64,000 nucleotides of DNA from Adineta vaga (lineage: Eukaryota > Animalia > Rotifera), in assembly GCA_021613535.1 (NCBI GenBank), contig CP075494.1, forward strand, positions 1,612,001 through 1,676,000, written 5' to 3'. Positions 1-12,872 of this stretch are shown here, in pieces. The notes under the pieces are model-generated. The model did not search any database. It was not told the origin of the DNA and saw only the letters and a list, made by a program, of their open reading frames with translations. The translations under genes and the position numbers were made by a program. The stretch's first letter is position 1; each line of letters begins with the position of its first letter.

Positions 1-1005
1 AGATCATGAAGATAAACAGACTCAGACTCGTACAGTTAAAAGAACAAGACGTCATAAACATAAAAATACACAGAAAAAGGAGAACATACGGCCACCAATC
101 CAAATGAAACCTAAACATACACAGACAGAAGAGAAGATCTCGACACCAATCCTGTTGAAACCTAAATATACACAGACAGAAGAGATGATCTCGTCACCAA
201 CTCAATTGGAACCTAAATATACACAGACAGAAGAGAAGATACGGACACCAGAGAAGCGTCAAAATAAAGAGACATCAACTCAAACACAACCAACAACGTG
301 TGCAAATAAAGAGACATCAGTGAATATTGTGACATCACATCTTGAATGCAAGAAAACTCAAACTCAACCAGCAAAGGGTGAAACTAAAGCCACACAAACA
401 ATAACGATGTGTGAAAATAAAGCGATCCAAACGGGAATAGATCCAAAACTGTCGATACCCACGTATGTGTAAATTTCTGAATGTATTTGCAAGTGAGAAA
501 CCGAGAGCAATCTTAGGAATAGTCACAGCTCGTTTTTGATTTTCGCTAATGATAAATCCTTGAAAGTATCAATCAAATACTTGTTGATAAAAAACACATT
601 GCCTATTAGAGAAGATATAGGCATAGAACGACTAGTTTTGTTTTCTTATCTTTTCTAGTGGTATTCCGATTTATTCTCGTCCTACTCGTACGACTAACTT
701 TCGTGTTAAAGTATATCGAAATGGTGAACGTGGTCGGTTTGATTATTGTAAATCATGCTCAATGGATATTGTAAGATAACGAATTACTAAATTATCGATA
801 CCTCCCTTTAATCTTTTCCCTATGACTGTTTTCTGTACTTTAGTTATTTTCAGCTGCAACACAAAAACTACAAATGCCTACACGTGCACGACGTTTATTT
901 GATTGTAATGGACTTGAGATTTATCATGCCGAAGAAATCCGACGTGACATGGAATATTATGTCTCTTCAGGAAAAAACTTTAAACAACCCATTAGAAATA
1001 GTTAA
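1..1005 (+). CDS. 3' part of a doublecortin (DCX)-domain protein with a TQT-repeat region; exons <1-462, 659-770, 844-1005
   Basis: GT-AG junctions keep the frame. The last exons read ...FRVKVYRNGE...ILFSAATQKLQMPTRARRLFDCNGLEI...YYVSSGKNF, a DCX-like signature. The gene starts upstream of the window. Confidence 0.75.
56..250 (+). repeat. 51-bp (17-aa) coding tandem repeat, about 4 copies, KPKxTQTEEKI
   Basis: Repeats are visible in both DNA and translation. Confidence 0.8.
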
Positions 1006-1240
1006 GACTATGTCTAGTAGAGTTGGATGACAGTAAATTGCAGTAGTTATACCACGTGATAGTATTATTTTACATTTTATAATAATGTGTCATAATAAAG
1101 TGCTTCAATTTCTATTCTTATACGTTCGTTTATCAGTAAGCATAGCAAAAAGAGTGTCTTCTGAATAGTCACTTGATTTTATCTCTGTCCTGTCTCTATG
1201 ATAATTAGGGATGTTTCTGAAACTTCCTCTCTTCTCCTTA

Positions 1241-1301
1241 TTGAGGGTGTGGGTGTGGGTGGGTGTGAAAGAAGAGGAGATACTCACACCCACACCCTCA
1301 A
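1241..1301. repeat. Telomere-like palindromic element (cleanest copy)
   Basis: TTGAGGGTGTGGGTGTG ... CACACCCACACCCTCAA forms a perfect 17-bp inverted repeat around the core GAAAGAAGAGGAGATAC. No TSD. Confidence 0.9.
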
Positions 1302-1373
1302 AAATATCGATAAATTTGTTTGTTTTATTTTTACATAATTGAATAAATGATTTAAAGAAAGAAATTCGTTTTC

Positions 1374-4300
1374 TTATAAACTTGATTTTTTAACAAGATT
1401 TCCTTGATATTCATCATATCTTAAATTAGTCTTTAGTTCAGTAAGTGTCTAGAAAGAAATAATGAATGAATGAATGAATGAAATAGGATTGATAATTACA
1501 GTATTAAATGTTAATAAATCTAAAAGATATTCAAATCCAATATTTCCAATTGGATTACGTGAAAGATCAATATGTTTAAGTGTCTAAAGATATTTTCAAT
1601 TATTAAGAAAATTCTTTATGTATCTTTTACTTTATTTATTTTCAATGCTTTTGAAAGATTTTCAATTCCTTTTTCATCAATTTCAGTTCTATGAAGATTC
1701 AATGAAGTTAATGTCTAATAAAAGAAATCAATACGAATGAAAAGAATATAAAAAGAATAAAATAATAACTGTATTTTTTTCTAATATATCAGCGAGATAT
1801 TTTGATCCAAGAAATCCAATTCGATTATTACAAAGACTTAATTTCAAAAGTGTCTATTAATGAAATAAATAAATAAATAAATAAATAGAAAATGAATAAA
1901 AGAATATAAACAGTATTTGTTTGAAGAAAATCAAGAATAATTTGTATTCCATCATTTTCAATTTGATTATTTGATAAATCAATTTCTTTTAATTTGTTTT
2001 TCTTGAATATTTTAATAAGAAATTCACTTCCTTCATTTCCTATTTGATTATTATTCAATCTTAATATATTCAATGTCTATTTCAAAAACCAAATTCAATA
2101 AATAAAAGAGATAATAAATGAATAAAATACTGTAATATTCTCTAAAGCATTAGCAAGAATATTTGCACCAATTGATCCCATATAAACACGAGAGAGAATC
2201 AATGTTTCTAAAGTCTATTATAGTTTATTAAATAGATGATAGATTTAACAAATCTATGTGAATTTACTTTCATATGTTTTAATGCAGGAGAAAGAATTCT
2301 TATTCCATCATCACCAATTCGATTGTTTTGTAAACATAAAGTGATTAATGTCTAGAAAGAGAAATAGTGAGAGAAAATAATGATAAAAATATATAATTTA
2401 CAATATTATTTTGAAGAAGATTAGATAAATCTTGTATTGTAGTAGATGATAGATTATTAGTTATTAAATTTAATGTACAAAACATCTATTAAAGAATAAT
2501 AAGAGAGAGAATTTAAGAGAAAATCATCGGTAATATTCATACGGAATGATTTAATAAAATACCATGAAGATATTTCATTACATTTTTCTTGATTGAATTG
2601 TTTTTTATTTCTATTATAAGAAATATCTATTTATATAAAATAAAAATATTTGAAATTCTTCAGGAAAAAAGAAAAAAACAATCTACTTGATCATTAAATT
2701 TATTAATAATTATTTCAAGTGATTCCTTCCTTGAGAATCTTGATGTATCTATACTCAATATTTCTATAGTCTAAATACACACATAAAATTATATAACAAT
2801 CGATCATTTTACTATGTATACTAACCGTAGTGTTTTTCATTCCATTTGAATTACTTTCACGAACTTTCATATGTAAATTTTTCGAAAACTAATTCAAACG
2901 AAGATCATACATGAAATTTCGAATAAAATCAATTACCATATTATTACGTAAAGCATTACAAATATGTTGTACACCAGTAGATGGAATATATTTGTCTTCC
3001 AAATTTTCATATGATATCTATTTTATACAAAAAAGTATTTTATCAAGAAAAAAAAATAATGATTACTGAATCCTTTCGTATATCTGCGACTATTCGAAAT
3101 GTTTCATAATAATTATTTACATTTTTTTCGATGTTGCGTAATAAAGAAATTGTATTTTCTGAAGATCTTGAATTATAATGAAGAATTAATTCAGTAAATG
3201 TTTCTGTCTTTATATGAGAAAATGAAATTTAACAAAACAAATCAAAATAAATTTATGATTAAATACTTGATTATTTCGTGGATCTTCAATTAAGGAAAGT
3301 ATTCCCAAAATGCCAATTTTATAAGCAGAAAGATTCAATTTTTGTAGTGTCTGTTGGAAAATAATTCATAGATAAGAAATATCAAATGAAATCTTATTAC
3401 AATAGTCTTTCGAAAAGTATCAACAATATATTTTGTCCCATGAGTATCAATTTGAATAAACTTTAAGTCAACTTCTTTGAGTGTCTAAATCAAAAGGACA
3501 TGATTTGAATATTCGAAATGATTAAAGAATATTAATAACTGTGTTTTGTCGCAGAACATCAGCGATGATTTTAACACCAGTATTGTCAATATCAGTTCCA
3601 TACAAGCAGATTGTTTTTAAGCTCTAAGAATATAGAAAAGATTAAGCAAACATTGAAAATTTTTTAGAAAAATTACATGATCATTTTTCATTTGTAATGA
3701 CGTTGCAACAGCCATACAATAACCACATTTATTATTATATAAAGATAATTTAATAAGAGTCTATTTAGAAGAAATATATTCTTATGAAAATAAAATAAAA
3801 ATATTACTGTATTATTTTGTAATTCATTATAGAAATATTCTGCTCCATGTCGATCAATTTTATTAGAATTAAGATTCAGTATCGATACAGTCTTCATAAA
3901 GTAAAACATATGGAATGTAAAATATAGAAGATAGAAATAAAAATTACTTTGTTTATTTTTAATGCAAAAGCAAGGTCTCTAGCACCATTATCACCAATAT
4001 CATTATTTGCAAGATTAATCTTTTCAAGTGTCTAAATATTCAAAATTTAATTTTCAATAAAATAAAGTTAAATATACATTATTATTTTGTAATGTTTCAG
4101 ATAAAGATTTTGCTCCATCATTTGTTATCTTATTTTCATGAAGATCCAGTTCTTTCAATGTCTAAATAAGAATTGATAAAATCGACCAGAGAAGTATAAG
4201 AAGATATTACCATATTGTTATGTAATGCATTGCAAATCGAAAACATTCCTTGATCACTGATTTGATTTGTTGTGATAGAAAGTGTTATCAAAGTCTACAG

Positions 4301-7300
4301 ATCATTTAGGATAATGAAAGAAAAAGAAAAAGATGAAAAGATACTTTGTTTATTTTCAAGAGATCAGCAATATGTTTGGCTCCTTCATCTCCAATATCAT
4401 TGTTACTGAGATTTAATGTAGTAAGTGTCTGTATATAGTAGAAACGATCTTTTACAGATATACGATTAGAAAATGAATTGTACATTGTTATATTGCAAAG
4501 GATGTATCAAATGTTGAACACCAACAGCACCGATTGTATTATAATCAATGTTCAATACTCGAAGTGTCTGTGGAAAGATTCATAGAACGATAGAAAAAAA
4601 AAGGATGCGAATTTGAATATTATCACCATATTCTTTTCTAAGGCATCAGCAAGATATTTTGCTCCTTTAGCTTTAATCTGACCACATTTTAATTCAAGTT
4701 GGACTAATGTCTAAATGAAAACAAAAGCAACAACGTTAAATTGGATATTTAAAATGATGAGAGAAAATATCAATAACTGTATTATATTGTAGAGCATCAG
4801 CAATAATCTTGACTCCTACATCGTGAATGGAAGAATATGATGTGAGTTTTTCTAAAGACTAAAAACAAAAGAGAGAAGATATATAAATTAGAAAGCATTC
4901 ATAAACGAAAACTACATGGTCATTTTTTAGTTGCATTGCAATTTCAAGAGCTTCACAGAAATCACGTCCGTTTCCTTTCAAAGACAATTTGCCGTCAGTC
5001 TATGTATAACAAAGAAAAAATAAAGAAAATTTTGTAAAGAACGACGAAATGAATTACCAAATCTTGTTGTAAATCATCAAACAAATATTGCGGTTCAGGT
5101 ACACTAATAGAATTACAATTGAGATTGACCATTAAAACGTTCTATGTATAAAAATTTCAATGATTATCTGATACAACAGAGGATAATATGAACTACTGTC
5201 TTGTTTTTCAATGTAATAGCAAGATCTCTAGCACCATCATCACCTATATAATTATTTGCAAGATTAATCTTTTTAAGTGTCTAAATATTCAAAATTTAAT
5301 TTTCAATAAAATAAAGTTAAATATACATTATTATTTTGTAATGTTTCAGATAAAGATTTTGCTCCATCATTTGTTATCTTATTTTCATGAAGATCCAGTT
5401 CTTTCAATGTCTAAATAAGAATTGATAAAATCGACCAGAGAAGTATAAGAAGATATTACCATATTGTTATGTAATGCATTGCAAATCGAAAACATTCCTT
5501 GATTACTGATTTGATTTGTTGCGATAGAAAGTATTATCAATGTCTATAAACAATAAAAGGCAAAGAAAGAAAAAGATGAAAAGATACTTTATTTAATTCT
5601 AAAAGATCAGCAATATGTTTGGCGCCTTCGTCTCCGATATTATTGTTACTGAGATTTAATGTAGTAAGTGTCTGTATAGAGTAGAAACGATCTTTTGCAG
5701 ATATACGATTAGAAAATGAATTATACATTGTTATATTGCAAAGGATGTATCAAATGTTGAACACCAACAATACTGATTTCATTACTATCAAGTTTTAACT
5801 TTCGAAGGGTCTATAAACGAAAAAAAAGGATCAAATGAAGCCTGAAAGGAACAAAAAGACTTTGATAGTTTCCAAAAGATAAGCTATATGTTTAGCTCCT
5901 TCATCCTGAATATCGTTGCGCCCAAGATTCAATGAAATTAGTGTCTATTTATATTAGAATTGAGAGATTTTGAAACTATCATGAATGAATGAATGAGATA
6001 TACCTTATTATTTAATAACGCTTCGACGAGATATTGTGTACCAAGTGCTTTGATTTTATTATCGAATAGATTCAACTTAGTGATTGTCTGTTTTTTAAAG
6101 AAAAAATATGTTTTAAATAGCATGAAACAGATCAACTTGAAAGTACCTGATTATCTTGTAATGCCTCAGCAAGAAATCGTAAATGTGAAGCTTGTATATC
6201 TTCCTGAGCAAGATTTACTACTGAAATTGTCTATAAAGATTTTGATGTTTGTATTTAAAAATCGAATCTTCCATATTGTATAATATTACACTTTTTTTTC
6301 AAAAATATAATACTTACATCATGTACAGTGTCAAGAGTAATTTTATCTTGTGATTGATCATTTATATAATAAGTATTATTTTTCGATGACAACCCACATT
6401 TTATATAATGAGATCCAAAAAGATATTTCCTAATTGGTATTGTAAAAAGTGATAATGTATTTAACTCATATTTTTTAAAGGTTAGATCACAAATAGTAAA
6501 CCAACGTTTTTCATTAAGCCAAAATGAATCTCGAAATGGTGCTATAATCGTATCAAGACGAACAGGATCATTCTCTGAAATTTTATAGGAAATGAAGAAA
6601 TGAAATTTCTTAAGAAAATTTAATTCAAGTCGAACAAATTCTTCCCATTCATAAATTTCCATGAGAGACTTGAATATGTTTTTATCATACATCAATTTGA
6701 GTTCACAAAGCTTTGGTGTTATTGACATTAATGATCTAAGATGTTCTGTTGATAAAGAACAATATGTAATGCTTAGACGTGTTAATGATGAATGAAATGA
6801 GAAATTTAACGAAGGTATATCTATAAAATTCTCATGCGTATCGATATCTTGGATTTGAAATGTTTCTAAATATGGTAATTGATGAAGAAGAGAGAAATAT
6901 TGCCTATAGAAACAACGCAGAATCGATAAAAATTTTAATTTACATTGATCGGGCCAAGGTATCATTTCACCTTTATAAATTAAACCTCCCAAAGTAAATT
7001 TTTGAAGTTTTGATTTTTCAATAAATAATGAAAGAGCTTTAAATGATGCATTATCTTTGCAATCTCTCGAATCAATTGTAAGTGAAACCAATTTCATATT
7101 ATTTTTTTCTATGAATAAAGATTGCATACTTTTATCATCAATAGCAGAAAGAGTTAAATGACGAAGTCGTTTGCATTGAAATAAATCAGAAATAAAAATA
7201 TCTTTTTGAATATCTGCAGCATTATACCACCAGCATGATAATGATACTACACGTTTATATAAAACTTGCTGATGAAGAAGAATAATTTGTTTGTTTGTTT

Positions 7301-7469
7301 TATATCTATGGATATCAATCTTAACTTCAAGTCGATCATATTGATTTACAATAGAATGCAGTATCTTACAAACACAACTAATATTACATAGAATTGTTTG
7401 AGAATCACAGAAATCAAAAATATGATGAACTATTTCCACAGGAAGCTTGAGTAAATGTGATTCTACCAT
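1374..7469 (-). CDS. F-box + ribonuclease-inhibitor-type LRR protein (NLRC3-like LRRs), multi-exon
   Basis: Exon 1 (7469-6318) has the F-box motif LPVEIVHHIFDF. It is followed by dozens of ~84-bp exons (TLxxLxLxxNxIgdeGakxLaxaLxxN) separated by ~55-bp GT-AG introns, with a stop at 1374-1376. The exon near 2826-2888 seems out of phase, so integrity is not verified. Confidence 0.85.
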
Positions 7470-7999
7470 TCAAATATATTGAACAATTAATATAAATTAA
7501 TAATCTATATCAATATATAAGATAAACAATGAAATAATTTTAATGAGACACTATTAAAATACAATCGATGTATAGATTTATGCTACGATATCTCATAAGG
7601 TTTACAAAATTCTTTTTTTTCGAACAATTCTATTTTCTCTCACTGTTTTGAAAAGACAAAAAAGTAAGAATATATAGTGCTGTAAAAAGAAATAAAATCG
7701 AGAGAGAGAGACTATCAAAAGATATGACGGGAAAAAAAACCAAAGATAATTAAAGAAAAAGAAAAAGAAAAGAATGATAACAATGTTATAAACGTTATTT
7801 TGTGTGCTTCTTGCTTTATAACAGGATAGAAGAAAACTTAATGATAAATGTTTTTTAGGGAAAATGAAAGAATATTCATGTAGTAAAAAAGAGAGCTGCG
7901 GGTTTCACCGTTGGAAAGAGACTTATCCAACGCGTCGATTATCACCAGCTGACGAGTTACAAATCTACGAAAGATCGAAACTTTGATATGAATCCGTTT

Positions 8000-8420
8000 A
8001 AAAGTTATGAATGAAACAATGTGTCAATTATTATCCACATGCGACGAAATTAACTTTATGTGAAGATTTAAACATAGTTGATCATTCGATTAGAACAGAT
8101 TACTAAATTAATGATTGTTTCTTCTCAATTTTCATTCGAAGAATTGATGAAACTTTTACAACATGCACACAATATTCATACATGAAAATATAATTCAATT
8201 ACTTGCTATTCTCTTTCCTCAAATAGAATATTTAACATTAAATCTATACAAAGAAACTATAAAACTAATAATACGATTTCTATTAGTTAACTCGAATAAC
8301 AATACTCACTATTTATCTACTTTGTATTTATCATCACATCATAAGGATCTAATAGCAAAACTTAAAAAAATTAATGAAATCAAATAAACTTCATCATGAT
8401 TATATAATCAAAGTTATAGA
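8000..8420 (+). pseudogene. Degenerate C-terminal fragment of a bdelloid F-box/LRR-like gene
   Basis: Frameshifted pieces YYPHATKLTL...LFPQIEYLTLN...IIRFLL; ends at a palindromic element. Confidence 0.45.
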
Positions 8421-8432
8421 ACAAAAAGTATA

Positions 8433-8481
8433 TGTGTGGGGTGGGGATATGTTATTATCCGACACCCACAACCACTCTCGA
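8433..8481. repeat. Telomere-like palindromic element (degenerate)
   Basis: TGTGTGGGGTGGGGATA...TATCCGACACCCACAACCACTCTCG. Confidence 0.55.
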
Positions 8482-8656
8482 TACTTTTCATTCGTTTAAT
8501 CAATGAAATCATCGTTTCAATCATCTTATTCGAAATTTTCCATTTAGTTTGAATTTTGAAAATATTCAAAATAAATTTCAATGAGAACAATTTTGTCAAA
8601 AATTATCAACTTTATTCATAACATTTATCAAATAAAAATACATGTTATCTAGTTCA

Positions 8657-8727
8657 TTGAGGGTGTGTGTGGCTGCGGATGTGAAAGTATCTTCTATGTA
8701 TTTACACCCACCCACCCATACCCTCAA
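8657..8727. repeat. Telomere-like palindromic element
   Basis: TTGAGGGTGTGTGTGG...GTATCTTCT...CACCCACCCACCCATACCCTCAA. Confidence 0.85.
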
Positions 8728-8833
8728 TAGAAGAATTGCTTTGAGTTGAATATCATCGAACAATAATCTATGTAGATATCTAATCGAATTTTTATTACAA
8801 TGAAGGACAAAGCGATACAAAAATGTGTTGTAA

Positions 8834-9614
8834 CTAAAGTGGAACAAATGCAAATGAATCTAAATAATATTGTGATGGTTTATTTGCAATGATTGTTGCA
8901 TTATTGATTAAATCAAAAGTGACAATATTTTGATTATCTGAACCCTCGACTATCATCGCAAAATAAAATCCTTCATGACAAGTACCAGTCGATGGTAAAT
9001 AATTATTAAAATCGCTGGATAAAATCTGCATCATACCATTATATGGATTGAATCGTACTAAACGACATCCACGTCTTGTTTGAAAAATCTGCATCCCATA
9101 AAAAGCATCCGTCTTATTATCATAACATAAATAAGCTGGTAAATTTGAATTAGTTATTTCACTGATTATTTTTCGTTTTTTAACATCAATACCAACAAGA
9201 TAAATAGAATCAGTCGGTACTGTTACAAAATATTCATGGTCCGTTGCATTAAAAAAGAATGCCATAGGATCAGGTTGGATACCACTAGCTTTGCTTATAT
9301 TTACCCATTGTTTTACTATAAAATTAGTTGGATCTATCTGAACGATACTTGTCGGATTTCCAAATACGTCATTCACTTGTAATGAATATAATAATCCTGT
9401 ACTACTATCAACGCGTAAACGTTAACTGTGTCAGAAGCGTCATTTTTCCACTTAATGGATCAATTTTGAATAATGAGTTCGATGATAATCTAGGATCATA
9501 CGGTGCTCCTACTAAATACCCCTTTGGGACTGTTTCGATGCAATTTATAGTATTGAACATAAAGTAAAAGTATACGAATAAACATCGTAAAAGAATCATT
9601 GATCTAAAACTCAA
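8834..9614 (-). pseudogene. Secreted beta-strand-rich (possibly beta-propeller) protein with one frameshift near 9420
   Basis: ORF 9408-9614 (signal peptide, FKIDPLSGK) and ORF 8834-9376 (VRFNPYNG, VTFDL repeats) are adjacent in different frames with no room for an intron. Confidence 0.6.
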
Positions 9615-10045
9615 CAGAGTAATTGCAAGAAGAAAAGTTCTATGTTTTACATAGACCAGCTGGCTTCAGAACAAACTAATGCATCAAGAAGAAAAAAAAG
9701 ACGTGACGAAAAATATTTGGGACATTTATGAAAATCATTGTATGCTCTCAACTAAATTTAACGTAATAAAGATAAGGAAAGATGATGTTGTGTTTAGGAA
9801 CTGATAGTATGTAAATGAATATGCTTAAGATGATAGAAGAAACAACAGAAATCTGATCAAAGTAACAATCATCAGCTGTTTTCTGACCGATGAAATCGAA
9901 ATGTGCTTCCATTATGAGTCTTTTTGATTCCTTTACTTTCTGTATTATGTTAGTAAACGTAGACATCACAGATATAGAAAAGTTTTGTAGATGTCGGTAA
10001 GAATCAAACTGGAATTTTATTCGTCTCTCACATATTTACACCATC

Positions 10046-10089
10046 TTGAGGGTGTGGGTAACCAAAGAAAACACCCACATCGATACCCT
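10046..10089. repeat. Telomere-like palindromic element
   Basis: CCATCTTGAGGGTGTGGGT...ACACCCACATCGATACCCT. Confidence 0.75.
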
Positions 10090-10461
10090 ATAGCTTCAGC
10101 TATTCTTGAATATAATTACCGTTATTATAAATAAAAAATAAAGATACATACGCAATAGATCTCTTCTATAAAATGTTTGGTTAAAATAGATAGTAACAGA
10201 ACGAGAGAACAAACACGACTATGATTCGTACTTCAAACTTTATGTAAATTACAGATAACGTTTTGTCTTTTTTCTCTTGATGCATAGATCTGTTACTCAT
10301 GTAAACGAGATAAAATCATGTCTTTCTTTATAATTTTTGATAAACTGAAATTATAGAAGAATATATATATATATTTTTAATAGTTTCGGAATGAAATTCA
10401 TTAGGTTTATGCGTAAGATTGTCTATTTGATGATTTTTTTTAAAGACTTCATTTTAATTAA

Positions 10462-11721
10462 ATGGCTGAATCAACTCGTATTAAGATGACTAGTGCTAGC
10501 AGCATACCTACTGTAATGAAAGCTGCTCAACAAAGTGGTTTTGGAGAGATACGTGACGTTCTTGCACTTGGTGAGAATGTAAGTGTACCTCGTCAATTAT
10601 CATCGAAACAAATTCTTGTTCGAGTTTGTGCTGCTGCTATTAATCCAGTCGACTGGAAAATTTTAAATGGAAGATTATCACTTGTTACTTGGTATTCATT
10701 TCCTCATATACCAGGTACAGATGTTGCTGGGATTGTTGTTGCTATTGGTTCAGGAGTAAAACGTCTTCAAATTGGTGATCATGTTTACGGGGATCTTACC
10801 ATTCATGGTGGAAGTTATGCTGAATACGTTCGCGGAGACGAATCAATCTTTTCATTGAAACCAAAAAATTTAACAATGGAAGAAGCAGCAGCTGTACCTT
10901 TAGCATGTAATACTAGTTATCAAGCATTGTGTAAAAAAGCTTCACCTCCTATTGAACAAGGAAGTAAAATTTTAATCTGTGGTGGAAGTACAGCTACCGG
11001 TTTATATGCTATTCAAATAGCTAAAGCTGTTGGTGCTTATGTTACTGTCACATGCTCGCAAAGAAATTTTAGTTTAATGGAAAAACTTGGTTTGTATTCT
11101 ATTCTTTCATTACTCGGCAGAATGCCTTTTTTTTTCTTTATTATTGTTATTGATTATTTTTAGGATATAGAGTAACACTAACAAATGTTGAGACTAATAA
11201 TGATGAAAATCAATTACATGTTATTGATTATAATGAAAAAGATTTTGGAGAAGAACTTAAAAGTAATAGATATTTAGATGTTTATTCTATTTTAGTTTTC
11301 TCTTTTAGATCAGAATTATGATCTTGTCTATGATTGTGTTGGTGGTGAACAACAATGGATATCAGCACAAAAAATTTTAAAACGTGGTGGTCAATTTCTC
11401 ACTATTGTTGGTGATGACACTTCATCGATTCTTTCATTTAGAACCTTATTTGGAGCTGGTTGCAGTATAGTCAATCGAAAATTTTGGTGGATTTTTGGCT
11501 CAGCACATCATAATTATATACGTCATGTTTTGAATGAAAATTTTCAAGATCTTGATGATATTCGTAGGAAATACATTGAAACAGGCAAAGTTAAACCATT
11601 AATTGATACAGTGTTTGACTGGCGAACAGATGGCGTTGAAGCTTTATATTCGCTTTATGAAAAATCTAAAAGCGGAAAAGCGCAAGGAAAATTAATTCTT
11701 AAAATAGCTGATGATGAATAA
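10462..11721 (+). CDS. MDR-family NADPH:quinone oxidoreductase / zinc-type alcohol dehydrogenase-like protein; exons 10462-11089, 11164-11262, 11309-11721
   Basis: Motifs AAAINPVDWK, PGTDVAG, GGSYAEY, GGSTATG and KAQGKLIL. Two GT-AG introns join the ORFs in frame. Confidence 0.9.
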
Positions 11722-11920
11722 AGATATATGTTTTATTTCAGAAATAAATTAATAAAGTGATTTCGAGCAGTTTGGGTTACGTTCCAGTGACACATGTTCA
11801 ATAAAATACAACAGAAAACGTGGTTTTTTCCGCTCAGTTTCTTTATATTTGCCGAAAAATTCAGAGGAGAGATGTAGCAGCTTCAGTTTAAACTGGTGGA
11901 CTAGAACCCAATCATAACTC

Positions 11921-11995
11921 AGGGAGGGAGGAAGAGTGGGTGGGCGTGGGTGAATGTGAACAGAAGAGATGTCCACTTCATACACACAATCTTAA
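11921..11995. repeat. Telomere-like palindromic element (degenerate)
   Basis: GTGGGTGGGCGTGGGTG...CAGAAGAGATGTCCAC...CACACAATCTTAA. Confidence 0.5.
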
Positions 11996-12187
11996 ATCAT
12001 TATAGAATAAGTTTAGATTATACAATCGTCACATTTTGATTCGTTAAGATTCAACCAATCACATGTCTTGAAGAAACAGGTAAGAATTACTTGTTTTCTT
12101 GTTGCTCCATATTGTGAAATCACTGAATTATTAAAACTATAAATGTAATTGTGTTACAGTTGAGACAAAACACGAAATGGAAAGAAA

Positions 12188-12377
12188 ATGACGATAACGA
12201 ACTTGTTCAGTGTATTCTTAGAAGATTTAGCTAATGAATTATTTGCTGAAATATTTTCTTATTTAAATGAAATCGATGTTTTAAATTCTTTTTCATGTCT
12301 TAATAACCGTTTTCAACGTTTAACTATCGAAAATTGTTTATTTTCCGATCTTCAATCGATACGTAAATGGACATTTC
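12188..12377 (+). pseudogene. 5' fragment of an F-box gene truncated at a palindromic element
   Basis: LEDLANELFAEIFSYL...LNNRF F-box motif. The frame runs into CCATCTTGAGGG and no continuation follows. Confidence 0.75.
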
Positions 12378-12381
12378 CATC

Positions 12382-12435
12382 TTGAGGGTGTGGGTGCATC
12401 TTCTTAACCATCATTCTTCAATACACCCATCCTCA
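12382..12435. repeat. Telomere-like palindromic element
   Basis: CCATCTTGAGGGTGTGGGTGCATCTTCTT...CACCCATCCTCA. Confidence 0.8.
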
Positions 12436-12872
12436 TAATGACTAAATCTATACAATCGAATAAAGACCGCAGGGCTTCATATCGGTTGGGCACTGCGATA
12501 TATATATATATCCAAGAAGTTATAAGTAATCTTTATGTTTTAATCAATGGGTTGAGAAATGCTTTTCCAAAGAAAAATAACGAGAAGAGCATGGTGATTC
12601 ATATACAGATAGATATTTCTCAAATGAATTCTACAACAACATCATATCAAGTTCTCGATTATGTATCAGTATTTTTAATCTTGAATAGAATGAACTACAA
12701 ATTGAAGGCAAGGACAAAACGGCAAATCAAAGTCTGCCATCTAGAGAGTATTCTACTATTTGCTTTTGACTTCATTTGAATGGTGATTTCAGTTGTTAAT
12801 ACGTATATTTTTGACAACGATAAAAAACGAAGATGAGATACAATACAAAATTCTGAAAAATCAGTATCACCC

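Noticed and set aside
1241-1301. True chromosome end or long interstitial telomere tract
   Set aside because: There are only 2-4 hexamers per arm in inverted orientation, with genes on both sides.
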